Source: Adineta ricciae (Eukaryota). From it: 24,335 nt of DNA. Each line of letters begins with the position of its first letter. The stretch's first letter is position 1. Positions 9,718 to 19,362 of the stretch are shown in pieces. Both the position numbers and the translations under genes were made by a program. The DNA lies in NCBI GenBank assembly GCA_905250025.1, contig CAJNOJ010000203.1, forward strand, positions 1-24,335, in the 5' to 3' direction. The notes below the pieces were generated by a model that saw nothing but the letters and a program-made list of their open reading frames with translations, made no database searches and was not told the origin of the DNA.

Positions 9718-10342
9718 CTACGAACTAAAAAAAGCATACAATCATCTCGTTTTGCTATCTGAATGTATGTTTTCCGCCTTCACTCAGTAAAAGAGTAGGC
9801 AACAAAATAACGAACGCGACCAATATGCTGTTGATTTGTTACACCGAAAGGTAATCAAGCGTGATACTCTTTCTTTTTCTTACCTGAAAATCGAATATTT
9901 TTTCATTATGTTTCAATCGTCCTGAGCGTAGCGTTTATGTGACAGAAAAATAACACAATCAGTTCTTTGCTACGTTAACGCGATTACTGATATCTACATT
10001 GAAAGGCACATGTTAGCATGAAAGAAAAGATTCCCTGTGATATTCTTTCATACATGGACAGAACGAAAATATGATTCACATTTTTTATTTCTATGTGCTT
10101 ATTACGATTGTGCGCTGGATTTATTTCTTTTTTTTTAAATACACACGATGACATGTAATGAAAAGAAAAATATTGTCTATTGGAAGAATCGACTTGGTCA
10201 TAGATATTCATTGGATTATGGCTAAAAATAAACAAAATAATGAAATTCCAATTTACGGAGAATTAAAAGAACAGTGAGAAAATTGTGAAAGGGAAACATG
10301 CGAAGGTGGAGTGTGCAGACGAGACTTACTCAGCAAAATGGA

Positions 10343-11929
10343 TTACGCTAGAGGAGACTATTTTAGGAACGAGATTTCGTTTGGTATGTGATGACTAACC
10401 TGCTTTTCTATTTGCATTTGCTGTATGGTTTTGGGTGCTGCTGAAGGGAAAAATGATTCTTTGGTAGTTTTAGCTGTTGCCCCGGGATTGAAGCCTCCTA
10501 AAATATCAAGGCCAGCAAATGGACTTGTGACCGGCGGTGGAGGGGTCGGTGAGATAGGCGAAGGAGTCATCGAACTCAATTGGGATTGTTGAGGTTGAAG
10601 AAGTATTGATGTAGGTGTGATTGGACGTTGTTGCTGCGTTTGTGGTTGAAGATAATTCGGCATCGTGTTTATTGGATTTGTTTGAATAGGTGTAGCAAAG
10701 GAATTGCCGTATAGATTAGGTAATTGTGTTTGCGGTGTTGTGATGGGAGTAGAAAATGCATCCAGTAATGAGTTTGTAGTAGTAGTTGTTGTTGTTGATG
10801 GCGCCGATGTTGTTGTAAAAGAAAGATCGCCAAAAACGCTGTCCAAAGACTAAAGATAAACACATGCATAAAAATACTTTTGTCAAAGATCTCTTTGCTT
10901 TCACATTGAATATGTGATAAGATAAGAAATATTGCGAGGAAAAGAATTTTTCGAAGTCTTGAATGGTTTTATTCTAGTTTTCTAAATCCTACCTCTTCAG
11001 CTTTTGGTGCCGGATTCTGTGCAACAGCTGGTGTAGAGTCGTTTGTACCCCATAAGTCTAGACCACTGCTAGCAGCAGCAACAACAACAACAGGTTGAGT
11101 AGGTGGCGTCGTTGGGCTCGGAGTTGTATCCCAGATTGAATTATCATCCAGAAGTGATCCCTTCAAGCATATGGGCATTAGAAAAATTGAACTAGTCGGA
11201 CAAGGATAATTACCGCTGATGGTGAAATGATCGAACCTGCATTAGCTTGTGGTGGCAATACTGGCGATGTAGCACCATTTGGTGTTGTTTCCTAAACAAA
11301 AATTAATTAAGATGATAAATACGGTAGGTAATCCACTCACTGCAGGTTTGCTTTCGCTTTCTTTTAGTTTGACGTCATTCGTATATTTCTCAAAAGCTAA
11401 CTCGAAAAGTTCTTTCAACGCCAGTACTGTTGCTGCGGCAGCTCGTTCCGTTTTAATAGCCCAAAATTGATGACGATCGTCCGATGTGTTATAAATATAT
11501 CCGAATGCTCGAGTGTCACGTGGATCAATTACGACAAACGATATACGTTCAATTTCATGGCAAGCAATTTGTGCCTAAAAAATGTACATTAGCACGAGAA
11601 AAAGATCTGATTTCTTTTCTTTTTCAACAACGTACTTTAGTAGTCTCATCGGTGATTTTTACTGTCGTCATCGTTAAGTTCAATTGAATTCGTTGTTTGT
11701 GTTCACCACGGGCACGCACAACAGCTTTCAATTTAAACATCGAATCAAGACAAATTTTTTCATCTCGATCCACAGTTAAATCTTCCATTCCGATTAATTT
11801 GGCTCGAAATGGAAGTCCATCGCCTTCGAACTTCTTCGTGTTAGCCGCAGCTGTTGTCGCGGCTTTCTTCACTTCATCGTCTTTCGGCGTTGGACTTGCT
11901 GGCGGAGTAGTTACTGCCGGTTCAGACAT
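10343..11929 (-). CDS. Disabled (DAB1/DAB2-like) PTB-domain endocytic/signalling adaptor; at least 5 exons with a tentative short terminal exon
   Basis: Exons (minus) 11929-11636, 11574-11341, 11291-11214, 11160-10993, 10849-10400, plus a tentative terminal micro-exon 10357-10343 (…IEKQ|SPLA*). PTB domain: KKFEGDGLPFRAKLIGMEDLTVDRDEKICLDSMFKLKAVVRARGEHKQRIQLNLTMTTVKITDETTK|AQIACHEIERISFVVIDPRDTRAFGYIYNTSDDRHQFWAIKTERAAAATVLALKELFELAFE. This matches Dab1 ([36 protein letters not shown]...[85 protein letters not shown]). The C-terminal half is Ser/Thr/Pro/Gln-rich low complexity with DAFS and FAGLDILGG motifs. The 3' end is uncertain. Confidence 0.75.
10763..10800 (-). repeat. Coding ACA/ACT (Thr) triplet repeat inside the DAB C-terminal exon (poly-Thr TTTTTTT)
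   Basis: Minus-strand sequence acaacaacaacaactactact(aca) encodes STTTTTTTN within ...FTTTSAPSTTTTTTTNSLLDAFS. It is a short, imperfect trinucleotide microsatellite. Confidence 0.6.
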
Positions 11930-12428
11930 CTTCGTATAACTTGTGATAGATGCTAAATGAATCAAACGAAAGACAAATGCAACACCGCTGCAGCCGTGTA
12001 GATAGATGATAAGAAGATATTCTTTGATATACTCAGGTCGTTTTCTTATTCGTTTGAATACCTTAAGTTAAATATCAGCTAGAAGTGTTGGCCCGTAGGT
12101 GTAAAATGCAGCAAGAAAAAAAAAGATAACTCAATACAACAGATAAGCAGATAAACTCTCGCGTCTTTTGGTTCTCATACAAGGAAGCTTTTGTAATTCG
12201 TTGAATACCGTAGTTATCACGAAATTTTCTTACTTACAAAGCGTATGTGTAGAAAAGCGCATCCGTTCGTCCTCCACTTCGATCATCAATTGTATTGCTC
12301 ATGTAGTATCAATGATCGCTACTGATTAGATAAAACTTCTTATTTCGCGTTTCGAATTTCTTTATTCGAACAATGAATCAATAACGACATACAATACAAA
12401 GAGAAAGGAAGGAGGAACTAGGGAGTTG

Positions 12429-13583
12429 TTATAGTTGTGGCTGTTTCCACCGGTATCCGATTGTAAAACTACCTGTCGTACGTATTGATGATGCTGTCGG
12501 CTGACGGATAAGCTGAAATTGTTCATAGTTCAATGAATTAGTCGGATTTATCGACGTATCATTATCATAAACATTAATCGTCTCAAAATAATGCGACATT
12601 TTAATTTGACATTTAATTAGAAATCGTCTTAATTCTCGTCGAAATTTTGAGCCGAAAAAAATGTAAATATAAAAGTTCATTGCAAATGAAATGTGATAAA
12701 TCAAATGAAAATAATGTTCTAATTGTTTAAAGAATTTCGTTTGAAATCTTTCATCATTAGACAGTAAACGCCATGTATGAATACACGCATATGGTGCGCA
12801 AACAATTAGATACGATGTCGAAACAGTTAACAACAACTTGGTCATTGAACGCGACGCTTTGCATCGTGTTAAAACATGAAAGTTCTTCAATTGAGAGTTG
12901 TTCGTTTGAAATAACAGTTGATGCTGGCTATTCCTCATTCGTCGTAGTGATATCAAGATGATTGCATTCATGGTTATAATCATCATATACGGAATGAGAA
13001 AAACGATCAAACAGTCGATAATATCCATGATCGCATTTAGTTTGCGAAATTTTTCGTAGGAATAACAATATCCACCGACAATACCGACAATGAATGGAAT
13101 GTACGAATAGATCAAACAGGCAATAAGAACGATACATAAAGCCAAACAACGTGATCGATACCATGAGAGAACATAAGAAACACGAATAGGCTGTGTAACA
13201 GCAAATAAACGTTGAGCCGTGAATGCAACTGTATAATACGCATTGATAAAATTACAAACGTACGTTAGGTATAAACTTGATTGACAAATGATTGGATGAT
13301 GTAAAATATTGATATAATTTGTCAACCATAAACAAAACAATACCGATAAATACATCGTATCTGATATAGCCATGTAGAATAGAAATGGATATACGGACAT
13401 CGTTGTTCCAACGGTTGTTCGTAAGGCTCGTTGACCAAAAATGATAATAACAAAACCATTGCCGATACATCCGATAATGACTAATAACAGCAAATAGATG
13501 TGTGTAAAGAAGAAATTGACAGGATTGAATTCAGTTGATAGTAGAGTGGTGTAATTAGAAGGCATTGATGTCAGATTCGCCAT
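12429..13583 (-). CDS. Intronless class-A (rhodopsin-like) orphan G-protein-coupled receptor, 384 aa
   Basis: Single uninterrupted 1155-nt ORF. It has seven hydrophobic segments, N-glycosylation sites in the N-terminus (NLT, NYT), and a GNGFVIIIF TM1 motif. The DRY position is occupied by AQRL, there is a TM6 CAPY motif, and TM7 carries NFYIYIFF (NPxxY-like) followed by a basic helix-8 (GSKFRRELRRF). No closer family assignment is possible from sequence alone. Confidence 0.75.
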   Translation of the reverse strand: MANLTSMPSNYTTLLSTEFNPVNFFFTHIYLLLLVIIGCIGNGFVIIIFGQRALRTTVGTTMSVYPFLFYMAISDTMYLSVLFCLWLTNYINILHHPIICQSSLYLTYVCNFINAYYTVAFTAQRLFAVTQPIRVSYVLSWYRSRCLALCIVLIACLIYSYIPFIVGIVGGYCYSYEKFRKLNAIMDIIDCLIVFLIPYMMIITMNAIILISLRRMRNSQHQLLFQTNNSQLKNFHVLTRCKASRSMTKLLLTVSTSYLIVCAPYACIHTWRLLSNDERFQTKFFKQLEHYFHLIYHISFAMNFYIYIFFGSKFRRELRRFLIKCQIKMSHYFETINVYDNDTSINPTNSLNYEQFQLIRQPTASSIRTTGSFTIGYRWKQPQL

Positions 13584-14877
13584 CGGAATACACTTTGATG
13601 AACTAAAAAAGTCGAGATAATCGTTGATAACTACGAGAGTCAGTTACGAAATGTTTGCAACTACGCAAATTGCTCTGCAAGGAGGTGAAACATGCTCTTG
13701 TGAATAATAATAAGGGGGAGAAAAATAATGCTTTGCACTCGTTATAACCTGGGATATCTTTGATAACCCCTTTGACATTGAAGCGGTTAATTGATGGAGA
13801 AAAAAATCTAACAGAATCAAAGGTAATCTAGATTATGTGATTTTCTAGCTGATAAAACTGTCTTTACTACAATGTTATTTCTCTTCAATCTACGTACTCA
13901 GAAAAAAAGGATTCGTGCTCGATATGCAAGAGAATAGGTAACAAACTTTTGACTCGACCGATAATTAACGGAATGACGAGATAAGTACTTGTTGTCATGC
14001 ATCATCAATTATGTTAGAAGAAAAACATCTGCGTTTTGAACTGTTGGGACAGAGTAGAGCTATTTTAGTGAGCACTATCGAGCGGAATGCTTTTTCTAAA
14101 TAAGATACACCGGAGACACACACGAGAGAGCAATCAAAACGAGATAAAAGAAAACAGAAAAACAAAACTGTCATTCTCCCGACGCACATCGGTTTTTTTC
14201 TCTGGAAATCTTGACCAGACTTAAGAATTCTGCCTCTGTGCATTATCAAAAGCACCTTTAAAAAAATGTCATTCATTTCCTCAGAGGACAAAATTGAGAT
14301 TTTATGTCATTATATTTTATAAAATAAGGACAACGCTTCTCAATGAAGCAACATAAAATAGAAACAGTTTTTCGAACCGTATTAGATATTTATAAGACTA
14401 ACTAATAAGAATTCATTCATTTTGCATGTCTTCAATCAGCACACGCGATCTGGGTACGCTGAACAATCAATCTTATGTTTCATTTCTCTCTCGAGGAGAA
14501 TATAATTCCCGCCTACATTGTATACATGTCGCAATAATGATAATAACCGAGAAATTTCGTAAGTAGCAAGTTCAACAGTATGGCGGAGTACACCTTCTTT
14601 TAATTAAAAAAGCTTATTAACGTCGAACTTATCTCGCATTTGTCTATCCTTCACGAGTACAGGTTACTGGATGCTCGTAACTTTTCCTTAGATAGATTTA
14701 TTATGAATATCTTCAGGATATTTCCATTTTCGTTATGTTGTATGCCACAGACAGAACATAATCAATAAATCTACATGATTTTATTAGATGTGATAACTAA
14801 ACAATTACAAAGCAATCCCAGAAATGACCTACAATCATCAAATCTTCTAAAATTTATGTCAAATTTGAATTAAGTTT

Positions 14878-17102
14878 TCAGTTCGTAACTTTCTTTGAAA
14901 AGTTCGCATCAATTTTTAAAGTTATTTTATGCCAGGAATTATTCATCACACCGCGAATATTCCATATACCTAATGGAGAGTCAGGTTGCGAATTCGAATG
15001 GACGTCCATTGCGCGACAAACGACGTCGAAAGGCTCCGAAGGGAGATCTTTCAATGGAATGTGAGTAGACCAAAGAGTCCATGCCCATGCACGCATATAC
15101 GGTTGAGCAAGTTGTTCCAAATCAGCTTGCAACCAAGTTTTCCTGTAGAAAGAAAATAAGAACTTTATCTTGACACATATATGATTAAAAATTCTTTTCA
15201 AAAACAAGTTCTTGTCTCGTGAACTTCCTATACAATAAGTATAAATAACAGCTACTTATATATTCAAAGGCGCAAATCTCGATAATATCAAACACGAATA
15301 GATACTGTTCTTCATTAGAACCAGACACTCGGTATTATTTGGTTAATGCGCCATATAGAGTAGAAAAGAAAACGGACGTTATTCTCCGCTTCTGCTGCCC
15401 ACGTTGTGTTCGCTTGTTTCTTTTACATTTATGTCTCGAGGTCATTCTAAACTGGTGATTAGCTTACCCATGATCGAGACTGATCTGCACGTTTTGAACT
15501 TGCCTTCCGCCTCCACCGACTGCGTAACCTTTGATTGTTAATGTTTGATTTTTAGCATCCTCACCAGTCGGTTTAACCGAAAGAATTTTCACTTTATTCC
15601 CATCTTCAGTCGATGCAGGATAACAAATCGCTGATTGAACATTTGATTCTTGTATTGCTGGTACACGATCATAATCGGCTTGTTGTGGCTGTTTGATGGA
15701 CTGTGGCAGAACTTTATAATCAGCCTTTTGCCAATGGCTATCCGATTCCTCGTTGGAAACAATAATTCGATTGACCCACTTGACACTTCGCGCGCCGACT
15801 GTGCCCGGGACAATAATACGTAGAGGATATCCATGATCACTAGTTAGAGTTTCATCATTCATTTCATATGCAATGAGAACATCATCACTGAGTGCTTTCT
15901 CCATTGGAATCGATGCACCATAACATCTAAAAAGTAAAATAAACATACGTTGCATTTTTCTGGGTCAATCAAGCTTTTTTAACCTTTGTGATGTATCACA
16001 ATCAAGTCCCACAAACTGCACATGTTTGCCCTCTTTGAGTAAGCCAAACGATTCTAAGACGTCGCGTAATTTCACACCTGTCCACCGAGCATTGCCAATA
16101 GCGCCAACATACCATGGTGTGCCTTGTACAGAACCTTGTGCATCGTTATTCATAGCTGCACGACGATTTCCTGCACATTGTAAAGCAGATGTAACTGTAT
16201 GCGATTGGTATTTATCTTTTAAATCATCGTAGGAAAGAGTATGTGCTGAAGTTCCATCGCCAATCTCCAGTTTGAACTCGTTAATGTTGACGAAGGGTAC
16301 GTGCATATGATTTCGAACATAGAATTTTTCGATTGGTGTCAGAAAAGATGAAACGAGAACTGTAGGCTTTGTTTCGGCATTGAATGGCTTTTCCGAGCGA
16401 ATGAAAAAGTTTTCAGTCGCATTGATTCGCTCAGGATCGTATTGAAATAAATCAACGACTTCCTCTTGAGCTTTCGCATTTGCTTCGCGTTCACCTACAA
16501 AATTCGACGCTGAAAACAGAAACAGATATTCCTGCTCGTACGATACCTGGTGGAAGATTTCCTATGCGATATTGTTCTAAGGTCTCGTACACATGATCAA
16601 TTTGATGGATAGTAAAGATTTTCCAACATGCTTCTAAAGCTTTACCGGCAGTTTTTAAAATTTGTTTTCCTCCGGGATGATTTTCAACGAATGCGCTTAT
16701 ATCATAGACTCCATCTTTATAAGCGAGCCAATAGCCTTAAGAAAAATTCCATTGAAATTTTTTCCGAGAAGATGAATTTTCAAATTTCTATTTGTTTCTG
16801 GTTTTTAGAGAAATCAATACCATTTTCTTTCGTTGTATGCTTTGCTACTTCAGTCATGCTATACGTCGGTAAAGATGATTTATGTTCACCAATAACGAAC
16901 GGAGTTTTTGTTGTGTCAGCATAAACTACTGGTCTGTATTTGTTGAAAAGATAACCTTTAAAAGAAATGGGACAGTATTACATTTCATGGTCATGTGTAC
17001 AGATAAAATGATTCTACCTGCAGCTAAACTACTAGTGAAACCAATAGTAAGAATAGATGCTTTGGATTTTTGGCGAAAAATAGTTGTTATTCGTGATCGC
17101 AT
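14878..17102 (-). CDS. SUOX: Sulfite oxidase (mitochondrial; cytochrome b5 + Moco + dimerisation domains); 6 exons
   Basis: Exons (minus) 17102-17018, 16955-16821, 16735-16547, 16509-15984, 15926-15468, 15142-14878 (stop TGA 14880-14878). Introns are 62, 85, 37, 57 and 323 bp. Presequence MRSRITTIFRQKSKASILTIGF. Cyt b5 heme motif HTTKENGYWLAYKDGVYDISAFVENHPGG. Moco domain FNAETKPTVLVSSFLTPIEKFYVRNHMHVP, LQCAGNRR, GTPWYVGAIGNARWTGVKLRDVL, YGASIPMEKALSDDVLIAYEMNDETLTSDHGYPLRIIVPGTVGARSVKWVNRI, SHWQKADYK. Dimerisation domain TIKGYAVGGGGRQVQNVQISLDHGKTW...RAWAWTLW...NIRGVMNNSWH. It is colinear with human SUOX. Confidence 0.9.
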
Positions 17103-17300
17103 TTTGTTGAGGTCAATTAGAATCTAAATTTGAGTCATTTATCATTCTTAACACCATCTTTGACATTTTACACGATTGATCAATTGTTTCAACCAATAAG
17201 ACGCTGTCCTATTTGTCTTCCGCAGTCAATCGTACGATTTGTTCTTTTACCGTCCACATTTGACTCATTAATACTAATGAAAATTTTCTGAAATTCAACC

Positions 17301-18520
17301 ATGAGTTTAACAGGAGTTGTGTCGGAAACACCCAATGTTTTACTGTCGCCCGAAAGACTTCTTATGGAAGTACCACAAGGTCTACATAACTCCATGGCAA
17401 TTGCATCGTTAATTATTTGGTACGTTTCATCTGCTGCAACACTATTCTCAAATAAATATATCCTAAGTACTTACAATGGCGATGCATTTTCACTAGGTAT
17501 TCTACGCAAATTTCGTTCATTTGGATCAATTTTATTTGTTTCGTTCAATTCGTTTAGGAATGAATCAACTTCTTCTATCCGTGATAACAGGCTATGTTCA
17601 AATGCAAATCATGAATAGAATCTCGACGCAAATCCATAAGAATCCATCGACTGCCAAGGCAGTCTTTCAAGATATGTTTTTTATCGGTGCATTTCGTTGT
17701 GTTACAGTTATCCTCGGCTTAATCGCACTTAAACACATTGCTGTTTCATTTGTGGCAACTATCAAATCGTCTTCGCCTTTGTTCACTGTGATTATTAGTC
17801 GGATAATTTTAGGAGAAAAAACGGGCATTTGGACAAAATTCTCAATGGTGCCAATCACAGTTGGTCTTGGCCTGTGTAGTTCATTTGAATTGAGTTTCAA
17901 TATATTTGGCTTTCTGTGCGCCTTGGGAACAAATATTTTCGAATGGTAAAACGAAAAGAGAGATTTCCGATAAGGAAAAAATATTTCTTCTCCTTTTAGC
18001 TTACAAAACGTCTACTCAAAAGTGCTCATAAGTGGCGAACGCTATCGTTATACAGCTGTTGAATTACAGTTTTGGGCAAGTTTGGTCGCATCTGTTTTTC
18101 AGATACCTCTACTGTTTTACAATGTTCCTGTTTTGTCAGCGATACGTTCGACTTCTCTGACACTTTTTCTTTTATACATCTTTAATGGGATTTCATATCA
18201 TATTCAATCAGTTGCTGCTTATTCTGTCATGGCCTATATCTCGCCCATAACACATAGGTAACGTGTTAAGGTCTAGAGTTTGGTGTTGATTCATATCATT
18301 CCCTTTTAGCGTGGCTAATACGGTTAAGCGAGCATTGTTAATTTGGTTATCAGTATTGATTTTTCACAATCCAGTTACATTTCTTAGCGGTTTTGGTACA
18401 TTAACAGTTATCTTTGGGGTGATATTGTACAACGAAGCACGAGACATCGAGAAGAAGGCGGGAAATTCGTCTACTTCAGCTAATAATAACGGTCCAGTCA
18501 TAGCATGGAGAGATATTTGA
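17301..18520 (+). CDS. SLC35E-like nucleotide-sugar/triose-phosphate transporter family membrane protein; 4 exons
   Basis: Exons 17301-17496, 17558-17945, 18000-18257, 18310-18520 (stop TGA 18518-18520); introns 52-61 bp. The protein is multi-TM. Matches to human SLC35E1: [19 protein letters not shown] (LLWYALSAGGNVVNKVILS); [20 protein letters not shown]...[30 protein letters not shown] (VKATMPIWVVLLSRIIMKEK...[25 protein letters not shown]); [10 protein letters not shown]; [37 protein letters not shown]...GVILYN (LSYSVANATKRIMVITVSLIMLRNPVT...GVFLYN). Confidence 0.8.
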
Positions 18521-19362
18521 AGCAATCCGCAAAGTTCAGTCTCAGTATTTGTGATATTTATCCTGACGCAGATTTAATTTTATTTAAACGAACATAAAAA
18601 CTAGACAAATCTTTCAGCAGATACAATCATGTCCTTAGCATTTTCTTTTTATTTATCTATAAGACGTTGTTCTTTGCTTTTGTTTAAAGAAAAAATATTT
18701 GTTATTGATTTCATCCAATATAAGAGTATTCGTACAGTGAAAAATTCCTAATCTTTACTCTTTTCAACTATCATCATCACAATTTCAAATTAACATACGA
18801 TCAATCTATATCTACAGATGTCACAGAAAAAATGTAGAGTAAAGCCTGGATGGTGAATATCTATGAAAAATAAATTTTACCTCAGACTGGGTAAACAAAA
18901 GCAAACGAAGTCGTGTTAATCATAACTGCAGAGAGAAATATTTCTGACGAAATGACTTTTGCAATTGCAGAAAACTGACACGTAATGTCTTTTCACAACA
19001 GTAATAGGCTGATATGCAACATAATTTTTCACAATCTCGTTGTAATATTGTATAAAATTTCGGCCCCATATTTTTCCTGTTCTTCTCTCATTCACTCTCC
19101 GACAGCCCTTTTACTTTTCCTGTCCTTATTTACGACGTGAATCAACCTTATTCAACGGTTATTGTCGACAAGTATTGCAAAGCTCGGTGGCAACTACCAC
19201 TGATGTCATTTCGCAATCGAGTGAAAACTAGATGTTTTTCTTCTTTGAATTAACCCTTCTATGTCTTATTTTTTGTCTAAACGGACAATCGCATACATAA
19301 AAGGAGTTATTTTTCTTGCAGATTCCTGTCGTTTTTCTGTTGCAAAGCGAAAGAAGCATACT

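Noticed and set aside
9984-10235. 83-aa minus-strand ORF between ACE and DAB
   Set aside because: It falls in the predicted DAB 3'UTR and ACE upstream region, is AT-rich, and has no conserved motifs.
10358-10399. Read-through extension of DAB exon 5 (…IEKQVSHHIPNEISFLK*) as given by the ORF track
   Set aside because: A consensus donor cag|GTTAGT lies at 10399-10394, so the tail VSHHIPNEISFLK is most likely intronic. The true 3' exon is uncertain; a tentative SPLA* micro-exon at 10357-10343 is offered instead.
12773-13470. Short ORFs (12773..12961 plus; 12928..13164 and 13252..13470 minus) inside the GPCR locus
   Set aside because: They lie within or antisense to the continuous 384-codon GPCR ORF and have no homology signal.
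13995-14291. 98-aa minus-strand ORF in the 1.3-kb SUOX-GPCR spacer
   Set aside because: No homology, AT-rich low-complexity context, no splice or start signals of the kind seen at real genes here. The region more likely holds the GPCR promoter or 5'UTR.
15589-16232. ORFs 15589..15840 (minus, other frame) and 16026..16232 (plus) inside SUOX exons
   Set aside because: They are frame-shifted or antisense shadows of SUOX coding exons.
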